A DNA stretch of 55,901 bases, taken from the IMG/VR virus record IMGVR_UViG_3300014039_000007, positions 1-55,901 of that record; one strand, 5' to 3'. The position numbers and the translations under genes were made by a program. This stretch comes from a virus. Below the pieces are notes generated by a model. That model was not told the origin of the DNA and made no database searches. It worked only from the letters and a program-made list of their open reading frames with translations. Shown piece by piece: positions 7,406 through 15,654 of the stretch (positions are counted from its first letter, which is position 1; every line of letters starts with the position of its first letter).

Positions 7406-8507
7406 TCAGTCGTTAGCAACAAAATATAGACCAACTGATTTTTCTTCATTAACAGAGCAGAGCGCAATCAAGGATATATTAACTAACCAGATAAACACAA
7501 AGACATTTCAACATGGATATTTGTTTACTGGACCGGCAGGAACAGGTAAAACTACAAGTGCCAGAATTTTTGCAAATATGATAAATGCAGGGAAAGGAAA
7601 CCCGATTGAAGTGGATGCCGCTTCTAATAGTGGAGTTGACAATATTAGACAGATTATAGAAGATGCTAAAAGAAAGCCTCTTGACGCAGAATATAAGATA
7701 TTTATTGTTGATGAGTGTCATTCTCTTTCTAATGGAGCTTGGCAGGCATTACTTAAGACACTTGAAGAACCACCTAAGTTCACGATATTTATATTGTGTA
7801 CAACCGACCCTCAGAAAATCCCTAATACTATTCTTTCCAGAGTGCAGAGATACAATTTTCAGAAAATAAGTAATAAAGGAATTGTTGAACGATTAAGTGA
7901 CATAATCTTCTATGAGAATAGAGAACTTATAGAAGATGCAGGAGGTTCACAGGATGCTATTAATGATATAGAATGGGCTAAACAGGAAGGTATTAGCTGT
8001 ATAGATTATGAGGGAAAAGCTCTGGAATATATAGCTAAAGTATCCAACGGAGGAATGAGAGATGCTATAACCTTGATGGATAAGTGTTTATCTTTATCAT
8101 CAGATTTAACATTGGAAAATGTGTTAAAGACTATTGGAGGAGAAGATTATTCTACATTCATAGAGTTTTTAGATGCTTTAGAAGTGAAGGAAAAAGAGAC
8201 AGCTATTAGAATTATCGAAGATGTTTACAATGCAGGAAAAGATGTTAAGCAGTTTTTGAAGGATTTTGCTAAGTTCATTCTTGAAGTGGAAAAGTATGCT
8301 ATATATAAGAATTTTGATTATATCAATTTGCCTAATACACTTGAAAATGAATTAGAGCGACTTATAGATAATCCACTGTTTGATGCAGAGAAAGCGTTGT
8401 TTGCTACTATGGATTTTATAGTTACATTAAATAGTCAGGTCAAGTGGGATAGTGACCCTAAGACATTAATAGAATTATCTATTTTGGTTTATTGTGGAAA
8501 GGGTTGA
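7398..8507 (+). CDS. dnaX: clamp-loader ATPase, DNA polymerase III gamma/tau-like
   Basis: KYRP..., GPAGTGKTT, IVDECHSLS, LSRVQRYNF, LEEPP. Confidence 0.8.
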   Translation: MASQSLATKYRPTDFSSLTEQSAIKDILTNQINTKTFQHGYLFTGPAGTGKTTSARIFANMINAGKGNPIEVDAASNSGVDNIRQIIEDAKRKPLDAEYKIFIVDECHSLSNGAWQALLKTLEEPPKFTIFILCTTDPQKIPNTILSRVQRYNFQKISNKGIVERLSDIIFYENRELIEDAGGSQDAINDIEWAKQEGISCIDYEGKALEYIAKVSNGGMRDAITLMDKCLSLSSDLTLENVLKTIGGEDYSTFIEFLDALEVKEKETAIRIIEDVYNAGKDVKQFLKDFAKFILEVEKYAIYKNFDYINLPNTLENELERLIDNPLFDAEKALFATMDFIVTLNSQVKWDSDPKTLIELSILVYCGKG

Positions 8508-8512
8508 AAAGA

Positions 8513-9307
8513 ATGATAGGACAGAAGAACAATATTAAAACCCTTATTAAATGGAGATGTAATAGGTCTGTTCCCAGATTCATCATTATAGCTGGAGATG
8601 AAGGAAGTGGAAGATTAACCTTTGCAAAAGCTATTTTAAAAACAATAAATGCTAAAGGTGTAATCATGGGAAATAGTATATCAGATGTGAGAGATACTAT
8701 AGAACAGGCTTATTATATAACACAACCTACATGTTATATATTCAGAGATGCGGACGATATGAAACCTGAAGCTAAAAATGCTCTTCTTAAAGTTGTAGAA
8801 GAACCTCCTAATAATGCTTATTTCATAATGACTGTACACAATATTGATAATATGTTGGGTACTATTAGAAGCAGGGGAACAGTTATTAAGATGGAACCTT
8901 ATACAATGCAGGAATTGCGTTCTGTTAGTGAGGATGAATTGAGCCTTGAATATTGTACTAATATAGGTGAGTTACAGATTCCACATGAAGAAATACAGAG
9001 AGCAGAAGATTGTGTGAATGATGTATTAAAGGCTCTGAGGGAAAAGAGCGGTTCTAAATTATTAAAAGCCTGTACACAATTAAGAGCCAAGCAAACAGAA
9101 ACAGATAAGATTGACTGTTTATTATTTTTTAAAGTATTTCAGAAACGACTGTATATAACACAGGCAAATGCAATCATATTGTCTTTTGACTGTTTAAAGG
9201 CTATAGTTGTATGCAAGCAGGAACTAAGTAGAAATACAGTGAATAAAAAAACCAGTATAGAATCTATGCTTATTAAAATATTGGAGGAAATTAAAAATGA
9301 GACTTAA
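8513..9307 (+). CDS. holB: clamp-loader subunit, delta-prime-like
   Basis: IIIAGDEGSGRLTFA, LLKVVEEPPNNAYFIMT, TIRSRG. Confidence 0.6.
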   Translation: MIGQKNNIKTLIKWRCNRSVPRFIIIAGDEGSGRLTFAKAILKTINAKGVIMGNSISDVRDTIEQAYYITQPTCYIFRDADDMKPEAKNALLKVVEEPPNNAYFIMTVHNIDNMLGTIRSRGTVIKMEPYTMQELRSVSEDELSLEYCTNIGELQIPHEEIQRAEDCVNDVLKALREKSGSKLLKACTQLRAKQTETDKIDCLLFFKVFQKRLYITQANAIILSFDCLKAIVVCKQELSRNTVNKKTSIESMLIKILEEIKNET

Positions 9308-9560
9308 AGATGTCACAAGAAGATTTGACAGAGGCAAAATTTACAAAGGCAAATATAAAAAGTTTGAGTGCTGTGTAAACTATTTTCCCGATGGGAATGT
9401 TTGGTATTACTGCATAGATTCTAAGGATGAAAGAGATATAAGATACAACAGTTTCTGGAGCGTTGAAAAATTTAAAACACAGGAAGAATGTGTGTCCGCT
9501 TGTCAAAAGTATGTTGATGAGGTGATTAGAGATGCAGAAATTTCCAAGAAGATGGGATAA
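9297..9560 (+). CDS. small protein (87 aa)
   Basis: ORF track. Contains the FKTQEEC motif shared with other small ORFs. Confidence 0.5.
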   Translation: MRLKDVTRRFDRGKIYKGKYKKFECCVNYFPDGNVWYYCIDSKDERDIRYNSFWSVEKFKTQEECVSACQKYVDEVIRDAEISKKMG

Positions 9561-9870
9561 AATAACATGTATTAATTTTTTACAAAGAAAAATCATATTA
9601 AATTGTATTGCTTATTATGAGTTAAATACCAATAAGCTGTCAGATAAGGAGTATGATGAATTAAGCTACCAGCTTGTAGAATTGCAGAAAGATGTGGATA
9701 TTTCAATAACTCAATATGGTTATGTGATGTATGATTTTGATGGGTCTACCGGATTTTATTTGTATGACAGATTAAATCAACACGACAGGGAATATCTGAT
9801 GAATATAGCAGTTCACTGTTGCGGAAATAAAATTAAATCTGAGAAAAGAAAGAAAGGAGGACTGTTTTAA
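9532..9870 (+). CDS. hypothetical protein (112 aa)
   Basis: GAGGTG RBS 6 nt before ATG 9532. Confidence 0.5.
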   Translation: MQKFPRRWDKITCINFLQRKIILNCIAYYELNTNKLSDKEYDELSYQLVELQKDVDISITQYGYVMYDFDGSTGFYLYDRLNQHDREYLMNIAVHCCGNKIKSEKRKKGGLF

Positions 9871-9871
9871 T

Positions 9872-10816
9872 TTGGAACTTGTAAATTTGATGAAATTAAT
9901 ATCTGAAAATAGTGTACCACATTATTTAGTCCTTTTTGGTGAAGAACAGGCAATCCTTGATATTTATATTCAGCATATAGCACAGAATTATAAGATTGTA
10001 TATTGTGATACTGTTGCTTATGCTCTTTCACAGGTTGGAAAAAAGAGTATTGATAAGTCCAACAAGGTTTATATTGTGAATGAAGATAATGCTTATAATA
10101 AGGCAGAGGAAAGCTGGAAGAATGTAAAACAGACTTTTAATAAAAGCAAGCATATCTTACTACTTAAATATCACAGCATAGATAAGAGAGGAAAATTCTA
10201 TACACAGAATAAAGGAAATGCTGTAGAATTTACACATTTATCCGAGGATGTACTAATTAACTATATTCAGCAAAAACTGCCAGCTTTAAGCGAGAAAAAC
10301 GCTTCTAAGCTAATAACATGGTGTAATTACGATTACGGCAGAATCTTAATGGAGATAGATAAGGTAGAACATTATCATTCAGTAATGGATGCCCTAACAA
10401 CAGACAGTTGCTTCACTCAATTAAATGAACAGGGTCTGTTCTATAAAGAAATAGGAGATATTACATTTGAATTAACTAATGCTGTATTAGGAGGGTATCC
10501 AGAAACAGCTATACAGAAGCTTGATGAAGCTAAGAGAAAAGGTGAACCCGCAATGATGATATCCAGCATATTATATAATGGTTTTAGAAACCTATTAGCT
10601 TATCAAGGTCTTGGAAGTAATAAGCAGAACGCAATGGAGAGAACTGGGATGAGTAAAGGGGAATTATATGGCTGTACTAAGAATGTCGGCGGCTATAGTA
10701 TAACAGAAGTACGAAGAAACATGCTTAAATGTCAAGAAGTAGAAGCTGGAATTAAAATGGGTACAATAGAGGAAGAAATAGCACTTGAATATCTTGTTTT
10801 ATCCTGTCTGAAATAG
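9872..10816 (+). CDS. holA: clamp-loader subunit, delta-like
   Basis: TTG start 11 nt after AAAGGAGG. N-terminus ...HYLVLFGEEQAILDIYI, size 314 aa, position next to gamma/tau and delta'. Confidence 0.5.
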   Translation: MELVNLMKLISENSVPHYLVLFGEEQAILDIYIQHIAQNYKIVYCDTVAYALSQVGKKSIDKSNKVYIVNEDNAYNKAEESWKNVKQTFNKSKHILLLKYHSIDKRGKFYTQNKGNAVEFTHLSEDVLINYIQQKLPALSEKNASKLITWCNYDYGRILMEIDKVEHYHSVMDALTTDSCFTQLNEQGLFYKEIGDITFELTNAVLGGYPETAIQKLDEAKRKGEPAMMISSILYNGFRNLLAYQGLGSNKQNAMERTGMSKGELYGCTKNVGGYSITEVRRNMLKCQEVEAGIKMGTIEEEIALEYLVLSCLK

Positions 10817-10849
10817 ACGGAATTTTTTATATATTTTTTAAAAAATCAC

Positions 10850-10878
10850 TTGACATACATATGTGTATGTGTTACAAT
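10850..10878 (+). promoter_or_regulatory. early promoter copy P2
   Basis: TTGACA 10850-10855, 17-nt spacer, TACAAT 10873-10878. Confidence 0.75.
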
Positions 10879-10931
10879 ATACTTGTAAGTAAGAAATGAA
10901 TAAAAATTTTGAAAGGTAAAAGGTGATTATT

Positions 10932-11195
10932 ATGAAAGAACTGAGAAACAATTTTGACAAGGAGACTACATTTACAGACGTACAGGATGCAAAGAGCTAT
11001 TATTTAAAAAGTGTTGGTGTTCTTTGTTCGGAAGATGAGTATATCGGAGATGATTATGGAGATTACTGTGTGCAATTTTGTGAATACTGCACAGATATCA
11101 ACAATTCTGAAACATTAGAGGAGTTAGCAGATGTGTTAAATAATTATACTGATATATTCGGTAATGGAAGTGAATACAGCGTGGTTGAGTTTTAG
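10932..11195 (+). CDS. small, highly acidic early protein (87 aa)
   Basis: AAAGGTG RBS. D/E-rich sequence. First gene after P2. Confidence 0.55.
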   Translation: MKELRNNFDKETTFTDVQDAKSYYLKSVGVLCSEDEYIGDDYGDYCVQFCEYCTDINNSETLEELADVLNNYTDIFGNGSEYSVVEF

Positions 11196-11235
11196 CATAT
11201 AAAAGGGTGAGGGTGGCAGGGAAAAAGGAGTGTGT

Positions 11236-11400
11236 ATGAATAATAAACGTCAAACAGTATGTAAGAGATGTGGAAGAAAATTAAGGACAGAAGAAGCCAT
11301 TGACAGGGGTATGGGGATAGTGTGCTGGAGAAAGTGGCAGAAGGAAAACAATCATAAAAAACTATGGGAAGAGGAGCTTAGTAATAATGAAAAAAATTAA
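11236..11400 (+). CDS. small zinc-ribbon protein (54 aa)
   Basis: AAAGGAG RBS. CKRCGRKLRTEEAIDRGMGIVC is the same motif type as in 5074..5613. Confidence 0.45.
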   Translation: MNNKRQTVCKRCGRKLRTEEAIDRGMGIVCWRKWQKENNHKKLWEEELSNNEKN

Positions 11401-11950
11401 ATGTTTAATGTACTTTGTATCGACTGCATTTATAATCTGGGTATTCGCCAGTGTTATAAATGTAAACATGCATAATTTAACTGATAATCAGTACGCTAAA
11501 TGGAATATATTCAGTTTCACAGATTCACAGAAATCTGTGCGCGCAAGTGAAAAATTATATAACAGGCAGTCTGTGAAAGAACAGAATCTACAAGTACCGA
11601 CAGAATTCTACACAGCGTATAACATACTTCTTTTAGCTCAACTGCTTGAGGCGGAAAATGGGAGCGGAACAGATGAAATGGTATATTTAACAGGCGTGAT
11701 AGTATTAAAAAGGTTACAGTCAGATGATTTTCCAAACACATTAAAAGAAGTAGTATATCAAAAAGGACAGTATTCTACAGCGCCTAAGCTTGCAAAAATA
11801 AAACCATCAGACCGGTGTATGGAGATTGCAGAAGAGCTATTGATATATGGCGTAGAGCAGTATCCGGATAATTTAATATATCAGTCAATGTTCCCTCAAG
11901 GTTCAAAGATATATAAAGTGATTAATGATGAATATTTTTGTTTGAAATAA
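11387..11950 (+). CDS. SleB/CwlJ-like cell-wall hydrolase with N-terminal membrane anchor
   Basis: N-terminal TM segment. LLAQLLEAENGSGTDEMVYLTGVIVLKRL...VVYQKGQYS resembles the Hydrolase_2 (SleB) domain. Confidence 0.6.
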   Translation: MKKIKCLMYFVSTAFIIWVFASVINVNMHNLTDNQYAKWNIFSFTDSQKSVRASEKLYNRQSVKEQNLQVPTEFYTAYNILLLAQLLEAENGSGTDEMVYLTGVIVLKRLQSDDFPNTLKEVVYQKGQYSTAPKLAKIKPSDRCMEIAEELLIYGVEQYPDNLIYQSMFPQGSKIYKVINDEYFCLK

Positions 11951-11970
11951 AAAAAAACAACGAATACTTC

Positions 11971-12004
11971 AAGAACAGTTATATATTAACTGTTCTTTTT
12001 TATT
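11971..12004 (+). terminator. rho-independent terminator
   Basis: AAGAACAGTTA / TAACTGTTCTT 11-bp stem followed by a T-run. Confidence 0.75.
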
Positions 12005-12005
12005 G

Positions 12006-12034
12006 TTTACAAATATAATATACATTGTTATAAT
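12006..12034 (+). promoter_or_regulatory. promoter of the packaging/head operon (TTTACA-17-TATAAT, TG-extended)
   Basis: TTTACA 12006-12011, TGTTATAAT ending at 12034. Confidence 0.55.
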
Positions 12035-12083
12035 ATACATATATCAAAAATTAAGAGAGGGGGCGGCGGTTAAGGTGGCGGAT

Positions 12084-12308
12084 ATGTCAAAATTAATGTA
12101 TAAATTACAATCAGCATTAAAACAGAAAGGGGTGAAAGTATATATTAATACATCTCAATTTTATTCAAACGAACAAGACAGATATATTAAGGTGTATACT
12201 ATAGTGCAGAATAAAAAGAAGCTTTTAAGTACAGCTTCTCAAATTAAGGTAGTAACTAAATTAAATGAAATCTGGCAGGGGGTAAAAAATGAAGAAGGAA
12301 ACAAGTAA
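12084..12308 (+). CDS. hypothetical protein (74 aa)
   Basis: AAGGTGG RBS before ATG 12084, in frame with track ORF 12003. Confidence 0.45.
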   Translation: MSKLMYKLQSALKQKGVKVYINTSQFYSNEQDRYIKVYTIVQNKKKLLSTASQIKVVTKLNEIWQGVKNEEGNK

Positions 12309-12732
12309 AGAAAAAGAGTGTAAGAAAAATCTTACAAAAAGACAAATAGATTTCGTACAGGAATATATGAAGACTAATAATGTACGTCAGTCAGCAATTA
12401 AAGCTGGTTACAGTGCAAGAACAGCGAGTGTACAAGGTTCAAGACTATTAACTAATGTTAAAGTGTCTGCCTACATACAAGCCATCACAGAGAGGCTTGA
12501 ATCCGATAAGATAGCTGATATACAAGAGGTGATGGAATATCTCACGTCTGTAATGCGTGGGGAAAAGAAAGACCAGTTTGATTTAGACCCTGCATTAAGC
12601 GAAAGAACTAAAGCGGCAGGAGAATTAGCAAAGAGATTAGATGTTAGAGCTAAGAACCTGAATATTGAATGTGCCGTGAATATTATAGACGATATTCCAG
12701 ATGACGTAGAGGTGGAAGATGAAGAAGATTAA
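12289..12732 (+). CDS. terS: terminase small subunit
   Basis: LTKRQIDFVQEYMKTNNVRQSAIKAGYSARTASVQGSRLL (Terminase_2-type HTH). Precedes TerL. Confidence 0.75.
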   Translation: MKKETSKEKECKKNLTKRQIDFVQEYMKTNNVRQSAIKAGYSARTASVQGSRLLTNVKVSAYIQAITERLESDKIADIQEVMEYLTSVMRGEKKDQFDLDPALSERTKAAGELAKRLDVRAKNLNIECAVNIIDDIPDDVEVEDEED

Positions 12733-13981
12733 AGGTAAGCCTTTGACAAAATGTATAGGGTCAGCTTTCTATTTTGTTCATAATGATATTAAAAATGGTA
12801 AGCATACATATTATGACTTGACAGGTGGACGAGGTTCTCTCAAATCCTCTTTTGTATCAGTGGAAATAATTCATAATATGATGAAAAAAGAAAATAAGAA
12901 TAAGCACGCAGTCATTTACAGAAAAGTCCGTGATACATTAGAGACTTCTGTATATGCACAGATAGAATGGGCTATTGATAAGCTGGGAGTTAGTCATTTA
13001 TGGAAATTAACTAAATCACCTATGCGAGCAGTATATAAGCCTACAGGACAGATGATTATATTTAAAGGTCTTGATAATGCAGGAAAATCTAAATCTATCA
13101 AAGTGCCTTTTGGATATATAGGCTATTTGTGGTTTGAGGAGTTTGATGAATTTGCAGGTGAGGAAGAGATACGAAAAGTTCAGCAGTCTATAATCAGAGG
13201 CGGTTCAGATTTTATTGTTTTCAAATCAATGAATCCACCTAAGTCAAGAAATAACTGGGCTAATGATTTCATAGAAAAAGAAAAGCTAAGACCTGATACA
13301 TTAGTATCTCATACAACATATTTACAAGCACCTAAAGAGTGGTTAGGTCAGCAGTTCCTGGATGATGCAGAATGGCTTAAGCAAGTTAATCCTAAAGCAT
13401 ACGAACATGAGTATTTAGGAATACCTATTGGAAATGGCACAGAAGTATTTGATAATCTTGAAATTAGAGAAATTGCAGATGAAGAAATTGCTAGGTGGGA
13501 TAGATTATATCGAGGAGTTGACTGGGGTTGGTATCCAGACCCATTCCATTACGGATGTATGTACTACGACAGTGCTAGAATGACCTTATATATCTTTGAG
13601 GAGTTCAGAACTAATAAGATGAGCAATAAGGAAACAGCTCAAGTATTATTAGATGACTTTCATTTGGGAAGATTTGATGTAGTTACTTGCGATAGTGCCG
13701 AACCAAAATCAGTTGCAGATTATAGGAGTTACGGAATTAATGCCCGAGGAGCAGAAAAGGGTCCGGATTCTGTGCGTTATGGAATGAAATGGTTGCAGTC
13801 ACTGATTAAGATAGTAATAGACCCAGTTCGTTGTCCGAGTACTTCTGATGAATTTAAGAAGTATGAATATGAGTTGGACAAAGATGGAAATCCGACTTCT
13901 AATTATCCTGATGCTGATAATCACAGTGTAGATATGACAAGATACGCAATGGAGCAAGTATGGAAGAGGAAAGGAAAATAA
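12719..13981 (+). CDS. terL: terminase large subunit (PBSX/Terminase_3-like)
   Basis: 420 aa. GGRGSLKSS P-loop-like motif, WFEEFDE Walker B-like motif, C-terminal nuclease region. Gene order. Confidence 0.85.
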   Translation: MKKIKGKPLTKCIGSAFYFVHNDIKNGKHTYYDLTGGRGSLKSSFVSVEIIHNMMKKENKNKHAVIYRKVRDTLETSVYAQIEWAIDKLGVSHLWKLTKSPMRAVYKPTGQMIIFKGLDNAGKSKSIKVPFGYIGYLWFEEFDEFAGEEEIRKVQQSIIRGGSDFIVFKSMNPPKSRNNWANDFIEKEKLRPDTLVSHTTYLQAPKEWLGQQFLDDAEWLKQVNPKAYEHEYLGIPIGNGTEVFDNLEIREIADEEIARWDRLYRGVDWGWYPDPFHYGCMYYDSARMTLYIFEEFRTNKMSNKETAQVLLDDFHLGRFDVVTCDSAEPKSVADYRSYGINARGAEKGPDSVRYGMKWLQSLIKIVIDPVRCPSTSDEFKKYEYELDKDGNPTSNYPDADNHSVDMTRYAMEQVWKRKGK

Positions 13982-14088
13982 TATGAAGCAATACATTATT
14001 GAAATTATATGTTGTATAAGGCACAGCGGAATACCGTTGGAAATGTAGGAGTATTTAATTGATATGTTAAAAGAAAGGATGGAACGTT

Positions 14089-15654
14089 ATGATTAAAAAG
14101 CTGTTACGGCTGATATATTCAGCTTTGGATAAGATATTAACGAATACCGATGATACAGCATTTAGTGAAATCACCTTATCTGATGTAATGATGGATGCCA
14201 TTGAACTGTGGAGACAGATGTATAAGGATGAAAGCCCTTGGCTTAATGATGATGAGGGTGTATATTCGCTAGGGCTGGCTAAGGAGATATGTCGGGAAAT
14301 CCAACAACAGGTATTATCTGAAATTGATACTCGAATTGTTGAACCAGGAAAAGAATCAGATGTTAATGATGTTAAACTTAATGTGTCAAGGGCTTCTTAC
14401 TTGAACGAGATATATATGAAAAAGTTCATTGCAAAGTTGCCTAATGCGTTGGAGAAAGCTATGGCATTAGGCGGTATGATTGTTAAACCTTATTTTAGCA
14501 ATGACCAAATTTATTTTGACTTCTGTTATCAAGGTGAATTCTATCCGTTAAATTTTGATGAAGACGGAAATGTCATTGATATAGCTTTTTACGATTCTTT
14601 CGTATCAAACGGATTTGTTTACACCAAGATAGAAAGACAGTCATTCGATTATTCAACACATACTATCAAGGTGACTAATAAAGCATACAAGGCTAAGCAA
14701 CGGTCAGCTGATGATAACATAGAACAGGATTTGGGTACTGAAATACCCCTTGAATCCGTTTCACAATGGCAGAATCTTGAAGAAGAGACGACAATTAACA
14801 ATGTGGAGAAACCGCTATATGGATATTTCAAGATACCAACAGCCAATAATATAGACATGAAATCACCTCTTGGTATATCCATATTCAGTCCAGCAGTGTC
14901 GTTAATACAGAGGGCGGATGAACAGTTTAGCCGCCTTGACTGGGAATACAAGGGAGGACAGCTCGCGATTGATGTAGACCCGACAGCTGTTACTTATTCC
15001 GAAACATATTTTAAAACAGGCGTAGAAATGGATGATTGTCAAAGGAGATTATACAGAAAGCTGGATTTAGGTTCAGACGAAACGTATAATGCATGGAGCC
15101 CCGCCCTTAGAGATGCTAACTATATCAATGGACTTAATGCTTATAAATGTCTTATTGAAGATGTTATTGGCGTGTCCAGGGGCACAATATCCGAACCTGC
15201 TTACGATGCGAAAACAGCAACAGAAATTAAGCTGTCCAAACAAAGAAGCTACATCACTATATCTGCTATACAGGATTCTTTGGAAGAAACCATCAAGGAT
15301 ATTATGTATGCCGTAAATGTGCTTGTGGATTTATACAGCTTGGCGTCTTATGGCGAGTATGACGTAATAGTTGAATGGAAGGACAGCATACTCACTGACA
15401 CGGACACTGAACTTACTCAAAAATTAGAATTGCAGAACGCTGGTATATTAAGTAAGGCAGAAGTGAGAGCCTGGTATAACGGAGAATCCCTTGCAACTGC
15501 ACAGGCGGAAATTGATAAAATGGAAAAAGCTAATCAATCTAAGATGTTAAATGATATATATGGGAATCTGCCTATCGCCACGTTAGAAAATAACGGTGTG
15601 GATGATGAAACAGGGGGAAAAAACAACCAAACCAAGAAGAAGAGGAGTGATTAA
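14089..15654 (+). CDS. portal protein (SPP1 gp6-like)
   Basis: 521 aa. Position after TerL. Confidence 0.8.
   Translation: MIKKLLRLIYSALDKILTNTDDTAFSEITLSDVMMDAIELWRQMYKDESPWLNDDEGVYSLGLAKEICREIQQQVLSEIDTRIVEPGKESDVNDVKLNVSRASYLNEIYMKKFIAKLPNALEKAMALGGMIVKPYFSNDQIYFDFCYQGEFYPLNFDEDGNVIDIAFYDSFVSNGFVYTKIERQSFDYSTHTIKVTNKAYKAKQRSADDNIEQDLGTEIPLESVSQWQNLEEETTINNVEKPLYGYFKIPTANNIDMKSPLGISIFSPAVSLIQRADEQFSRLDWEYKGGQLAIDVDPTAVTYSETYFKTGVEMDDCQRRLYRKLDLGSDETYNAWSPALRDANYINGLNAYKCLIEDVIGVSRGTISEPAYDAKTATEIKLSKQRSYITISAIQDSLEETIKDIMYAVNVLVDLYSLASYGEYDVIVEWKDSILTDTDTELTQKLELQNAGILSKAEVRAWYNGESLATAQAEIDKMEKANQSKMLNDIYGNLPIATLENNGVDDETGGKNNQTKKKRSD

Noticed and set aside
6459-7460. Group I intron (with HEG) splitting the clamp-loader gene.
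   Set aside because: The upstream fragment ends in a stop two to three codons after the homology ends. The downstream gene has its own strong SD and a complete N-terminus (KYRP motif present in both copies). No intron-like conserved pairings were evident. A duplicated gene end fits better.
7663-7869. Nested same-strand alternative-frame ORFs (7663..7869, 15089..15316, 28641..28874, 41665..41856, 53689..53901).
   Set aside because: Each lies entirely inside a confidently identified gene (clamp loader, portal, fiber, PAPS-reductase-like, clamp). None has start signals.
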